Shown: one piece after another, positions 1 through 13,341 of the stretch
Numbering within the stretch: the first letter of the stretch is position 1
How the letters are laid out: each line of letters starts with the position of its first letter
NCBI RefSeq assembly: GCF_001194135.2
Contig: NC_068981.1
Location: forward strand, 125,135,789 to 125,199,788
Length of the DNA stretch: 64,000 bases
Direction: 5' to 3'
Origin: Octopus bimaculoides
Lineage: Eukaryota
The notes under the pieces: model-generated
Database searches by the model: none
What the model was told of the DNA's origin: nothing
The model's input: the letters and a program-made list of their open reading frames with translations, nothing else
Made by a program: the position numbers and the translations under genes

Positions 1-13
1 CAGCTGGCCACAT

Positions 14-195
14 TAATAATGGTTTCAAATTTTGGTAGAAGGCCAGTAATTTCGAAGGAGTAGGTTAGGTGACTGCATTGACCCCAATGATCAACTGGTA
101 CAATTTTATCAACTCTGAATGGATGAAAGGCAAAGTCGACCGCTGCAGAATGTATAAAAATGGATGAAATGCTGTTAAGCATTTTGCCCAGCACA
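14..195 (-). mobile_element. tRNA-derived octopus SINE (aaaggcaaagtcgac family), 5'-clipped
   Basis: Family core gaaaggcaaagtcgacc and aagcattttgcccagca, shared with many copies in the window. Confidence 0.8.
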
Positions 196-225
<30 letters not shown>

Positions 226-230
<5 letters not shown>

Positions 231-372
231 GTTGGCATTAGGAAGGGCATCCAGCTGTAGAAACTCTGCCAAATTTAGATTGGAGCCTGGTTTTGCCATC
301 CGGTTTCATCAGTCCTCAGTCAAATCGTCCAACCCATGCTAGCATGGAAAGCGGACGTTAAACGATGATGAT
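226..372 (+). mobile_element. Young RTE-type LINE/SINE 3' end inside (TA)n
   Basis: tggttggcattaggaagggcatccagc...catggaaagcggacgttaaacgatgatg. Near-identical to the reverse complement of 61151-61300, and flanked by (TA)n on both sides. Confidence 0.85.
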
Positions 373-2251
373 ATATATATATATATTGTTGCTAAACCCC
401 AGCTCAGCCCTAAATGGGTAGATTTATAATCAAAGATAATACTGTGATCATTCCATTTTCATCTTCTCATTTTTTTCAGCCAGTGTATCCAAGATTACAT
501 TATCCAACATGTTTAAGGGAGATTTGGTTGTTATTTCCAATTAAGCAAACAACCACAGTCAAATATCAAATGGCTGCCAATATAATAAACAAATTATTTT
601 TAAAGTCCTTTTTATTTATTCATTGTGATGAATCAAAAAACATAATATGTGGAAAAAGGTAAGGGTTACTGATAGTATGCATAAATCTGAATTGTTGAAT
701 CAGCTTGTTCCAACATAATTTGAACCAATAAATAATTTATTCTGTAAATTAAATGTACAATATATTCTAACATGAAAATGCAATTTTGTCATTAAAGAAA
801 TTAAACCTCAATTCTTTTTTTTTTCTTTTTTTTTTTTTTGAAGACACTGACCTTCTGATCTTTGAAACAAGCATCTACTAAATCAACCTTGGCCTGCTCA
901 GGAAATGGATATCATGTTTCCGCTTTGAAATAAATTATTTAAAAAGCTTTATTTTAACTGATGTCAGGAATACAGAAAATTGTACATTGAACACAAATTT
1001 AATTTTCAAGTCACTCAGCAAATCCCTTATAGAATGGTGGTGACTTGGTGACAGCCAATTCTTCAATCAAACCAAGTAAGCTATAGGTTTCAACAGAAAA
1101 AATTAACCAGCATGTCTGTGTGACTAAGAAGCTCACATTGCAACCATGCTATTTTGAGTTCAGTCCTATTGCACAGCACCTTGAGCAAGTATCTTTTACT
1201 AAAGCCCCTGGCTGACCAATGCCATGTGAATGAATTTGGCAGAGAGAACTGTGTGGAAATTTTGGTACAAGGCCAGTAGTTTTAGGAGGAGGGGATAGTG
1301 TAGTTGATTATGCTGATCCCAATACTTGACTGGTATTTTATTTTATTGATCCTCAGAGAGATCAAATGCAAAATTGATCCAGGAAAAATTTGAACTCAGA
1401 ACATAAGTTGGTAGAAATAAAATAAATATATAAAAAACAATATTACAATTAAAGAGAATATAAAAAATTTATTTCAACAGATTTATTCATTTGTACAATT
1501 TCATTTTGATTAAACATTTTCATAGAAATCACAGGTATAAGAGGCAAGAAAGCTTTCAGCTGAGTTTTATATTCAATAAATATAGAGATGATAGCCATCA
1601 GAAGAGATAAAGCAAAGAAACATTTGGTGTAAAATCTTATATAACACAGTACAGTACTTACATTGTACTTTTTAACCCTAGCAAATAATAAGGAATTTAT
1701 AAACTATTTATTTCACATATGTGAGAAATCTAATTAAACATTTGATGTTTGCATATTCTGTTTGATTATTCAAGTTAAGGTTGGAATTATGTAGTAAAAA
1801 GGTGTAATAGTCATATCAGCCAAACACAAACACACACAGAGACAGAGAACAAAAATATTCTAAATGCAGTATTAAATGGTGCTCATATTTCATTAAAAAG
1901 ATTCATTATAAATGCACTTAAATCAGCTTGAACCTATCAAAATGTCACAAGTCCACTTGTTTAAGCTACAGCCATATTTTTCTCTTGAGAATTTTGAATT
2001 TAAAAACTAATGAATCAAACTCTGTATTTCATGATGTTCAAAAATACAAATTAAATTGACTGAAATACATTTATAATAAAATAATCTTTTGAAATTAAAT
2101 CCTTGATGAATACTGCTTAAAATTTGTTTTGAAAATATTTAATTTCAATAAAGTAGCCTATGTGCTTCTAGACTAATTAACCAATGGATATTTGCTGCAT
2201 GATGGCAAATCTGATCATAATTCATAATCAGTCTTATCTATCAATAAGTGA

Positions 2252-2481
2252 TTAACCCTTTTGATAAAAATTCACCTGAGACTGCTCTGGGCTTTAGATA
2301 AAAACTTCCTATTTTAAATGGAACTACATTAAAACCGCTCATGAAAATTTCATGCAAATATATGTTCCAAAAACACAAACTTAATAATTACAGTTGCTTC
2401 ACTAAATTCTTCATTACGTTCAAAGTTAATTGAAACAAAGGCAGTGTATTTCAATAAGAATATGGTAAAAAAATGGGTTAA
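2252..2481. mobile_element. TTAA-flanked MITE, family B (piggyBac-like ends)
   Basis: ttaa-ccctttt...aatggg-ttaa. A related copy begins at 60671. Confidence 0.65.
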
Positions 2482-3040
2482 TCCTATTGATTACATGGGA
2501 AGGTGATAAAAGGAATGATATTTTCATAGCTTTCTCTAATAGTAGAAATGGTGTGATTTAAGTAAAAACAGTAAAACTAGTTAAAACCTGCTTCTGTCTT
2601 ACAATGTCTAAGAGTTTACTCTATACTGCAGAGGGACAAAATAGTCATAGATGATGCAGTGCTTATGAGCTTTATAGGACTTGAAAGGCTGGTGGGATGG
2701 ATACAATCGATGTTCAATTTGAACAACAACAGGTTAGTATCTGCAAGGAGGGAGTTCTGGGAAGATTTCAGTCTCAGAGAGGAAAGATTGAACAAAGTAT
2801 TTAGTGCAGGGTCTGAGAGATGTAACATAGTAAAAGTAATTAGAAAAAGAGAGATGTTTGGAAGTAATAGAGTCAAGTGCAGGGAGCAGAGGTCATCATA
2901 TTAGTGATAGAAGAGTGAAGGAGAGTAAACAGTGCATATGCAAAGCTAGTGGTTGAAGCTTATGGGTGAATAAAACTTAGTCGATCTGTAGATTGGTCTG
3001 ACCTATGATATTAATTGGTGTAGATACAGCATTATTGGTT

Positions 3041-3095
<55 letters not shown>

Positions 3096-4539
3096 TAATA
3101 TTTAGCAGAAGTATTGCATCAACATAACTGCACTATATATCTATATATATATACACATATATAAAGTACTATTGTAGTATGACTCTTATTGAGGATTGGC
3201 TGAAGTATTTCCTGACCCTTAAGAGGAATCCTAATCTTTGTGGTTGTAATTTTGGCAATGTTATGCATGCATGTGTGTGTGTGTGTGTGTGTGCTTGTGT
3301 TTGTATGTACAACACTTTGAATCTATAAACTGTGAGTTGTGGTCACTTCCTAACTTGTTACGCACAAGCAGGCCAGGCATGTCTGTGTGATTAAGGGGTT
3401 TGTTTCACAGTCATGTGGTTTTTTAGGTTTGGTACCATACATCACACATTCGGTAAGTGTTTTCTACTATATAGCTTCTGATGAACCCATGATTATGAGT
3501 CAAATTTAGTAGATGGGACCTGTACAGAGGCTCATCATACATATGTACAGGTGTGTGAGTGTGTGTGTGTGTTTACATTTATGTCCCATAATTTAGTGTT
3601 TCAATAAATAAGGATCATTAAAACAAGTAACAGATGCAAAAATACGAACTGGGTATATAACTGAAGGCTGTACCCCAGCATGGCCACAGTGCAATGATTG
3701 AAACCAATAAAAGAATAAGAAAATAAGAATATATGTGGTAGTCATGAAAGATTTCAGAGGCTTATGATTTGAGGGGATTTAGTTGTATATTGTTTGCAGA
3801 TGGTTGAATTGTGAAGCACAAATTCATTTCCTTGATATATGCAATAGTTGAGACAAGTTGTTACATTACTATTGAAAGAGTCTCTCAAAATGTCCCTCTG
3901 TTTGTGAATTCAATATTTCCATGGCATGAGGTGCCCAGGCTGCAAGAGAACGATGCCTTTGTATAAATGTTTAAGGAGGAGGGAAGTAAAGTATGTTCAG
4001 CAGAAAAGTCTCGAGCATTCAGTTAATAATAAGTTGTTTGTGAGTCACAACCATCACCACCTCCACCATCATCATTATTTTTACACCCACCTTCCATACT
4101 GGCAATGGGGTGCAATGGTCCTCACAGTTCACATCAGTTCTTACTGGAAGCCAATTCCCTCACAAACGTATGAGAGGACTATATGTTTCGTTGTGGGCTT
4201 GGTTGCTATAGATGTATCCAGTACACTCTCTACTTTAGAAAGAGTGTACTGGGTACATTTTATCATGGCACTAACATTTGAGAGATTGTTATATCCTTGA
4301 GAAGAAAGGACTAAAAAGAACTACCTTTCAACCTTATGCTTTCTCTACTCATTTACCAGAAAAGCAAAAGGTACTCACTACTTTAAGATGTTTATGTTTG
4401 TACAAAAACATTGTGAAAAGAAAGGTGAATAGGAGAGTGGGCAATGACAGGAGTCAGAATAGGTGGGTGAAAGTAGCAAGAGTTTAATGATGGAAACACA
4501 AAATGATCGGGATAAGATGGGAGAGAGAATGAGAAAAAG

Positions 4540-4780
4540 GGTAAAAGCTAAGTGTATTGGGTACAAACAAGTCTAATCTAGCCTCTTACATATGTCTCGT
4601 GATAGGCAAGAGAAATAGCCTGACGTGGATGATGGTTGGGGAATTATATGTAAGTGAGTCCTGGACTGTTGTGAAATGAGAGATTAGAAAAATTGAGAAA
4701 TAGAGAGAAATGCAACAGGGAAATGAATAATGAGATGAGAGGATGTCAAAGATGCAGGGGGTGGTTGCAGATGTAGACTT
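4540..4780 (-). mobile_element. Degenerate Penelope-like fragment (RT-endonuclease linker / GIY-YIG start)
   Basis: The minus-strand translation TTPCIF...PCC...QDSLTYNSPTIIHV...HETYVRG resembles the PLE pattern GTFPC..C..C...SFTCTSSNIIY...YIGET. It has stops and frameshifts. Confidence 0.4.
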
Positions 4781-4786
4781 GATAGT

Positions 4787-5137
4787 ATCTTTTATCATTT
4801 ACTTGTTTCAGTCTTTGGACTGCAGCCATGCTGGAGCACTGACTTGAAAATACAGATCCCAGTATATATTAATTTTTTAAAGTCTGATACTTCTTTCAGT
4901 CTCTAGTATCAAAGTACTAAGTTATGGGGATGTAAATAGACCAACACTGGTTGTCAAGTGGTGATGGCGCATAAACAGAAAGACAAACACACATAGACAT
5001 ACATATATATGACAGACTTATTTCAGTTTCTGTTCACAAAATCCATTCACAAGGCTTTGGTCAGCCCAAGGGTATAGCAGAAGACATTTGCCCCAGGTAC
5101 CATGCGGCTGGGAAGCAAACTTCTCACACAGCCGTGT
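4787..5137 (-). mobile_element. Full-length tRNA-headed octopus SINE (OR/CORE-like family)
   Basis: ttacttgtttcagtc...gccatgctggagcac...ttgcccaagg...gggaagcaaacttc. Same family as 62543-62938 and 26270-26625. Confidence 0.75.
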
Positions 5138-5145
5138 AAATATAA

Positions 5146-5225
5146 TTTATCTATCTACACACACACACACACACACACACAGATATAAATGTGTGTATGT
5201 ATGTATATGTGTCTGTGTATGTATG

Positions 5226-5283
<58 letters not shown>

Positions 5284-5435
5284 ATAATAGCAATGATATA
5301 TACATATATACATATGTATACACACACATACATATGAGTATATATACACACATATATAGGTATGTGTCTACATATAGATGCAGGTGTATGTATGAATCTA
5401 TCTATCTATATATCTCTCACTTTCTCTCTCCCTCC

Positions 5436-5510
<75 letters not shown>

Positions 5511-5670
5511 ATACTTACATATACAAGAGTATATATTCATATACACACATATATAGGTATGTGTTTATGTATAGACGTGGGTGAGTATGTATATCTACAT
5601 GTATGTATATCTACATGTATGTATATCTATTTATGTGTATGTGTGAGTATGTATACAATGCAATAAAGAA
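5146..5670. repeat. Compound microsatellite block (CA)n/(TA)n/(TC)n/TATG
   Basis: Direct dinucleotide runs; these generate the YIYI and CVCV pseudo-ORFs. Confidence 0.95.
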
Positions 5671-8600
5671 ACATGCATATATTACTCTTTAATAAAACTA
5701 TGTTGACAGTATTCAATCCAATGAGAGAAGTAGGTGTGTATTACACATATAATGGATTTTTGCTCGTATGAATAGAAATTTAGAAGCAAAATTTAATTAA
5801 ATGGTATCATTCTTGAAGCAGAATCTTTAAAATGACTTAATAATGGTGATATTAGCAACATCAACATACAAAGAACAAATATATTTGGTTTTATTTGTTT
5901 TTTCTTAAGGATTTATAAAAATTTGAACATGAAAAGAGCATGTTATATAAATTTTTAGTTTACAAGAAAAATAATAAAAAAACATATATACATTTAAAAC
6001 CTTATGTGCATATTTTAAGTACATATGTATACTGGCATATACAAAGCTTTAAATTATACAAACTGGGTGGGTGTTGTTCCTGATGATGATAATAATGTTG
6101 ATGATGATGATGATGATGGCTATGATAATGAAGATGATAATAGATAACTGATCAACTTTACTTCAATAGCCCAAATGGTAAAATAAAAAAAAAATAAATA
6201 AAGGGAAGCTAACATCACAAAGTATCCATTGGCATTTCAATCTATAGCCATTTAACCCTAAATTGGTGGGGCATACTAACCTGAATTTCAGGTCTTTTTT
6301 TATTGAGAATAAGATGTTTATTGATTTTACTATTACAAGAATTAAGTCAGGTGACTATATAAGATGCTCCTCTGCTGGCTTAAGTATATTTGGTTTATCC
6401 AGGAGTATTTGTAAAGAGACAACGCAGAACAGAGCAATAGTGCATTTTGAAGGAGGTGTATCACATGTTGCTAGCATTGGTATACATATTGAAAGATGTC
6501 AAAACATCAGCTGTAGGTATTCTTTGTTTTTGGTATCGATATGTTAAAATTGAAAGTCTTTTCATAATTTTTACAAACACTTCAAATGATGAAATGTTTT
6601 TGTTGAGCTTTATTAGTGAAAACACTTTTTTTTTTTGTTAATTATAATCATCTTATTTTTTTCTTCTCATTTGTATATATATATTAATTACACATAATTT
6701 ACATAGTGACTGAAGCTTTATTGGTGGCTGGCATTTTCAGACAGATGAATCTGACCATCAGCAAAACTTTGAAGTCAGTCCCTCCTTTCTTCGAAAAATT
6801 AAATCGCACACTCTTCATGTATATACTGAGTGCTTTTGCAGTTAATGTTTGAATGTCTTAGTGTATAACTCTACATAAAACATACACATTAATATATGGC
6901 ACATATATAACAAAAAATAAGGAAAACAGACTGTAGAAAATCATGTACAACCTATGCTCTATGGTCTTAATTAAAAACTGGTGTTCAATTCTAGTTTCAT
7001 GGGCATTTGATAGATGAGTATATAAATCTTCTGGTAAACAAAACATTATTTCTAACAGGTAGGACAGCTGAGATAATGAAAATTAAGTGTACTGTACAAA
7101 TTCATAGCAAAAACACCTGCAATGGATTTGAACTGAACATATGAATTAGAGATCCACTGAGGATACCCTGCTGATAGTTTATAATCAAAGTTACAAATGA
7201 AACTTCATCATAGTTTCTGAAATTAAACTCTCATAGAGAATTTCTAAAACAAATAGAAAAATATTGAAACAAAATGAAATACACATACATAAACAGTGTT
7301 GATGAGAAAAAATTTTTTTAAATCGAGAACCTGGAAAAAAAAAATCTTTTCTTTCAGACAAAAAGTTACTCCTGAAATAACAGGGTTCTTTTCTCAACAT
7401 GGCAAGGAGACTCATATTAAAAAAAAAAAATCTTCAAATTTATATTTTTTCTCATGTGTACCAGTCTGGAGTTTATGTTTCATTTTGATAAAATGTAAAA
7501 CATTTGCTATTTGATCATAGATGAAGAAACAACAGAATTTAATATATCTATATAACATAATTGGTAAAGCATTTTATTTGGTGAAAGTGTCACCAATTTT
7601 AAAATGAATCAACTGATTTTATTTTATTGGTTTCCATCACTGAACTCTGGTCATGCTGGTCCACAGCCTTGTTAAGGTACAGTGAATTATGTCAACACTA
7701 GCACCTAATGGTTGATTTTTCTCAGCGTATTTCACTGAATCAAGAAGAATGAATGGCAAAGAGTATCTGTGCAGAAATGGGATTCAGAATGTAAAGGGAC
7801 ATAACCAAATAACAAAACATTTTGATACTTGACTCAATCTGCCTTCAATTGCCATTTATATAAAATGTAAAGAAAATTATATTTAACAAGAAAAAAAAAT
7901 AATAACTGATGATATAGAAATTCATGTTACAGATATTGCATATCAATAATAATGAGAGAGAAGAACAATGGTCATGTAATAAAGATGCTGAACTACTGGT
8001 TGCAAGTTCAAATCTTCCTATGACCATTGCCTTGTATACTTCTGAGCAAGACACATAATTATTGCTTGCTTCACTTTACCTGAAATAGGTTTCCCTTCTG
8101 TTATTTCATAGCAGAATGGTTGGAAGAACTTCCAGTTAGAAAAACATTAAAGTTCAAAAAAAAAAAAAAATGATTAAAAAAATAGCAAAATACATACACA
8201 CATACAGTCATGTCCACACAATCTTACACATAGATTTATATGGACACACATATGCACAATCATGCAAGGAAACAAATTATAAAATTTTAAATAAAAAATA
8301 AATGTATATAGTAAAATGATTGCACTTTCAGTTCATATTTTCATAAATGTAAACAATTTAATGTATATTATCTCTTTCTCTATATGTACCTTTGTGCACA
8401 CATATACACACAAATATAATTTGTTCAGATGCTTTTCAATATCCACAAATCAACACTTCTCATGCATGCACACACACATAAGCACATATATATCAATATT
8501 TTCTAATCACCTGGGAGACTGTAAACTAGAATCTGATGGTCTTAGAAATTGAAGTGGTGTATATTAAGCCATGTGATAAGGTAGAGACAAGTGTTTTAGG

Positions 8601-8966
8601 TAGAACCTTCCATAGGAAGAGACATAATAAATGTGTAGGAAGGATGAAGACACATATACACTTTAGTAATGAACTGGAGGGACAAGTATTCAACACTAGG
8701 AAGGTGGTTGAATATTTTTAAATAGAATCTATATTAACTTTGTAGATCTCAAGGTTTCACGCCGATAGAAATTAACAAATTTTCAACTTGGGTCCAACCA
8801 GGTCATTGATTTTCATCAGTATATGACCTTGAGTTCTAGAGAGTGAAATTTTATTAAAAAGTGTGTGTGTGTGTGTGTATGTGTTTTTACATACATACAT
8901 ATATATATAGTGTGTGTGTGTTTGTACATACACACACATGCATTCATACATTTATATGTATAAATG

Positions 8967-9012
<46 letters not shown>

Positions 9013-9022
9013 NNNNNNNNNN

Positions 9023-9071
<49 letters not shown>

Positions 9072-9308
9072 TACACATCTATATCGGCGGTAAAACGTAA
9101 ATCCGAAAAAGAAGCACACTCGAAGTTATAAAGCAGTATATAATATAAATAAAGCTCAATGAGACTGGTTCATGGGATTAACTTGGGTTTCACATCCATA
9201 AAGCGCTTAACTTAAGCACTTTTGACAAGTTGTAGTTCACCTGAGCACTGTATACAATAATTACTATCCAGCAAGAATAAAACACCATAAAAGGTAGAAC
9301 TATAAATA

Positions 9309-9853
9309 TACAAAGCGGATGTACACAAAGTATGATCATTGCTATAGCAGCCAGTAAGCTATCGGTGCTATGTAGAGCTTCACTGCTATTTCTAGCAATG
9401 ATCGTACTCTGTGTACATCCACTTTGTACATTTATAATTCTACCTTTTAAGGTGCCTTATTCTTGCTGGATAATAATATCATTTTTAATAATATTTATAC
9501 TTCTTGCATATCTTTAAATCACTGATCTTGGTTCTGATTTTGACTGGGGCTTTCAGACCAGTAAACAAGGGCTTTCAGACCAGTGGATACTTTAAAGTTT
9601 CATCATCAATGGTAGATTCAACCGAAGATAACTAGTCAGATTCACGCTCATGCACATGATCTGAAAAGTTTGAAACTGTAGTATTGAATTATCCTTCATT
9701 CCTCTAATGGTCTCTGTAGAGGCAAGACAGAATTTTCCTATATTCACTGCCCGCAAACATCTCTGCCTGTAAACATTCAGTAAAGCTCTACATAGTGCTG
9801 ATAGCTTACCAGCTGCTATTTCTAGCAATGATCATACACCGTGTACATCCGCT

Positions 9854-9857
<4 letters not shown>
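9309..9857. mobile_element. MITE with about 70-bp TIRs, rearranged at its left end
   Basis: 9309-9379 is the reverse complement of 9784-9857. 9721-9780 resembles 14483-14545 of the large fold-back MITE. Confidence 0.65.
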
Positions 9858-9912
<55 letters not shown>

Positions 9913-10152
9913 TGTATGTATGTTTGTATGTATACATATATATCATCATTATCGTTCATCATTGGAAGGCAGATGTTAAACGATGATGATATNNNNNNNN
10001 NNNNNNNNNNNNNNNNNNNNNNNNNNNNNNNNNNNNNNNNNNNNNNNNNNNNNNNNNNNNNNNNNNNNNNNNNNNNNNNNNNNNNNNNNNNNNNNNNNNN
10101 NNNNNNNNNNNNNNNNNNNNNNNNNNNNNNNNNNNNNNNNNNNNNNNNNNNN

Positions 10153-10231
<79 letters not shown>

Positions 10232-10280
10232 GATAGATAGATAGATAGACATAGCCAGTCGATGGGGTTACCCTAGGTTT

Positions 10281-10453
10281 CATGTCCGTAAAGCATTTAA
10301 CTTTACAGCATTTCTTCAGACCCTAAACCTGTTGGCCTATGGCCTCTCTGCTAGAGAGTCCTTGAGAGGTCATAAGTACTTGCTAGAGAAGCCATGGGCT
10401 AAGGAGTCTAAGGTCTGAAGAAATGCTGTAAAGTTAAGTACTTTATGGATGTG
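10281..10453. mobile_element. Hairpin MITE
   Basis: catgtccgtaaagcatttaactttacagcatttcttcagacc (10281-10322) pairs with ggtctgaagaaatgctgtaaagttaagtactttatggatgtg (10412-10453). A truncated relative lies near 9165-9220. Confidence 0.7.
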
Positions 10454-10849
10454 ATCCCATAGACCAACCGTATCTATCTTTATCTATATACTCTACTGAT
10501 CTACAACCAAGAGTATGCTTCGTTTTCAGATTTATGTGTTACTGATGATATATGTGTGTGTATACATATACACACATCTATCTATGTATCTATATATGTA
10601 CGTACGTACATGCATGCATGCATACTTACATACATCAGTAGTGTCAGGAGGAAAGATGGTATTCAAGACCTTCCTGACAGGTGAGGTTGATGTTGTTTTG
10701 TCTTAACTAAGCAGAACTATGACCAAAGTCATTCAGTCTTGACCATCACATTTTATCTTCAGACAGTGTATTTTGAATTAACCTTATTCATTGTGTCCTG
10801 CCATTTTAAAATGATTGTGTGTGATATGTAGACTTGGATGGTATTTCTA

Positions 10850-11110
10850 GCAGATCAAATGACCATGTAGAAACTTGCTTATTGGTTGTGAAGTAGATGT
10901 GGTTGATTGGTGTTTAACTTGAACTTCCATAGGGGGACACCCATGAGGAAAATGTGAGCAAGGAATAGTTAGATGGTAGGGGATGTAAGAGGGCTGCCTG
11001 CAGTTTTGGGTAGGGCTTGGGTTAAGTGTTCTGGGGAAGAGGTAGTAAGATACAAGAGGGGAGACAAGGAGAGATGGGTACATAAGATGGAGAAGTATTG
11101 AGGTGGTACT
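10850..11110 (-). mobile_element. Possible Penelope-like linker fragment
   Basis: SPLVSYYLFPRTL...TIPCSH resembles the PLE pattern PPL.AFRR..NL...FPC. Highly decayed. Confidence 0.3.
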
Positions 11111-11329
11111 CAGCTAACTACATTGAAAGAGCAGAAACTGCTAATGAAGCAGTGTAGAAAGTAAAGGTTTAAGATTTTTTTTTTAATGGTTTAGTCAGTG
11201 GAAGAAGGATTATATTCATAATCCTCTACAGGGACCCCCATGACAAGTGGTAGGAAGGGGGGGGGCTGAAAATCCAAAACATGAAACTCTACATCATCTC
11301 ATGGCACAATAACATACACCTTTTCGATC

Positions 11330-11335
11330 TTTATT
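11330..11335 (-). promoter_or_regulatory. Candidate polyadenylation signal of FAM20B
   Basis: AATAAA on the minus strand about 55 nt after the stop codon, followed by GT-rich gtgtatgttattgtg. Confidence 0.45.
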
Positions 11336-11389
11336 CCAATCACAATTCTTGTCGATTGCTTGTCACTGCAAGTGAGGGTCCATCTTTTT

Positions 11390-11633
11390 TCATGTTTCAA
11401 CATGTTTCTCCGGAATGAGTTTTTCTTCACTAATAATTACATTAGGCATGCCTTGTTCTTTCACACAATTATCAATAGTTGTTAAGAGCTGATGCAGGCG
11501 TCTGTCAATAGCACGTAAATGGAACTTGTTCAGAATAGGGGAGATTGGATCAAATAAGAGGACAGCTTCTAAAACTTTGGACAAAATACCATTTTTCAAC
11601 ATTTTCAACTGATCATAAGTAGACTGTCGAATT
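11390..11633 (-). CDS. FAM20B: FAM20B terminal coding exon (244 nt including TGA)
   Basis: tctcttcag|A ATT CGA CAG... translates as IRQSTYDQLKMLKNGILSKVLEAVLLFDPISPILNKFHLRAIDRRLHQLL...KHVET*, matching human [21 protein letters not shown]...DPISPVL...HLDAVDQRL. Confidence 0.96.
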
Positions 11634-12786
11634 CTGAAGAGAAAAAGAATGCAATAAATAAATGAATAAATAAATAAATTGAATAAATAATAATATAAGT
11701 AAATAAAAGGAAACACATTTTACAGCAATCAAAAATTAACAATCCCATTAAAAGCCAAAATGACAACACAACTTCCTCTCTTCTTCACTCTGGGATGAAG
11801 AGTAAATTCTCAAACAATATATTTGTTCCTCTTAAAGGCATTTTACTTATCAAATTCTTCAACTAACTCTCCATTGAATTAAAACTATATGCATGCATAT
11901 GTATACATATTGGCTGATAAGGACTGCCTTCAGTCAAGAATGACCATGAGTTTGCACTTAGAAAGTTACACCTAAAGAGTTAGCCTCCAAGGCACAAATC
12001 CAAGCAAGGTTGTTTATGGAAGACCAGCAGTTACCCATGCATATCAGCCTCCCCTCTCCATGCCACTGATGTTATTCAAGATGAATTTTAAGCCTGATAC
12101 TTGTTCTATCAGTCTCTTTTGCCAAACTGCTAAGTTACGGGGATGCAAACACACCAAGACCAGTTGTCAAACGGTGATGGGGGACAAACACAGACACAAA
12201 AACATATATATATATATATACACATATATAAATATAGAATAGTGGTACAACAAGGCACCAATGTTTACTATCTAACTACCTAAGTACCTATCTATGAACA
12301 TACACACACACACACATATATGCATACATATACAAATGTACATCATTCAACCACGGTAGTGGTTAAATGTATTCTTAAGTCCACCATTTTGTCAATCGCA
12401 GCAGCTTCCAAGCTCCACCAATAATTCAGTTCTCAACTGTTAACAGTTTTAAAGAGGACACCTCCTGAGCTATACTTTGGCATAAATAGTTTGAGATTTG
12501 GTTCGGTAGAAAAAAAGTTACATCAAAATATCTGCGACCTCAAAGGGGGCAGTAAGGAACCTATTCACCTTCAATTAACATAAACTTTTTAATTTTAAAA
12601 TAAAAGTATACTTTTCTTAGGCTTAAATGATAGAAAAATGTATGAGGAATTCAGAGTTGTTAGTCGCATTGAATAAAAATTAGTAGAAGAAAAATTATGG
12701 AGTGAAATGCCACGAAATTTCGTGCCAGTAAGTAAGAGAGTAAGGAAGTAATGCTTAGCAATAAGAATAGAGAATATATTGCTAAG

Positions 12787-12900
12787 ATGGTGAGCTGGCA
12801 GAAATGTTAGCGCACTGGGGGAAATGCTTAGCGGTATTTCACCTGTGTTTACATTTTGAGTTCAAATTCCGCCGAGGTCGACTTTGCTTTTTATCCATTT
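12787..12900 (+). mobile_element. tRNA-derived SINE 5' half
   Basis: ggtgagctggcagaa (A-box-like)...gagttcaaattccgccgaggtcgactttgc (B-box-like GTTCAAATTCC). Confidence 0.85.
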
Positions 12901-13341
12901 TGGATCTATTCAATTTGATATACAGATTATTTAATTAATTTTTTTTAACTAAACACTTTGAAATTTCTGATACTGGTACAATGTGTCACATACAACAGGG
13001 TTTACTCTTAATATTTTTGACAAAATTTTGTATTTTAGAAGTTATTTTGTCACAAGTTACAGAGTGACAATGGACAAATTTGTGTTTGATAAGTGCCAAT
13101 ACATGAAACTCTCAGCTTTTGATTTACTCTCTAACTTCTGTCGATGATATATATATGCATATTATACATATATGTGTAAAAAAATCTCATTATACAATCA
13201 AACCAATGAAAGAGCCTCTACCTGGTCGTTTGACACGCTAAGAATAGCAGCCAATGTATCCCCCTACCCAGTATTTTATAAGGTAAAATCCTAAATTATT
13301 AATTGATACATTATTAATTATCTTATAACAGCAATGCCTGG

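Noticed and set aside
1011-1075. Plus-strand segment with an AG and a strong gtaagc donor
   Set aside because: Stops in all three frames.
4213-4255. 16-bp hairpin gtatccagtacactct/agagtgtactgggtac
   Set aside because: It is short and derived from a common RTE-tail repeat motif, with no evidence of a miRNA or other function.
5088-5666. Long ORFs rich in YIYI/CVCV/HTHT (also near 8.8, 9.8, 24.1, 27.3, 37.9 and 59.1 kb)
   Set aside because: They are translations of (TA)n, (CA)n and (TC)n microsatellites.
6263-6641. Overlapping 94-aa and 64-aa plus-strand ORFs
   Set aside because: No recognisable domain and no convincing splice-site pair.
12787-12880. tRNA gene (A/B boxes)
   Set aside because: It is the head of a multi-copy SINE, with no cloverleaf or acceptor stem.
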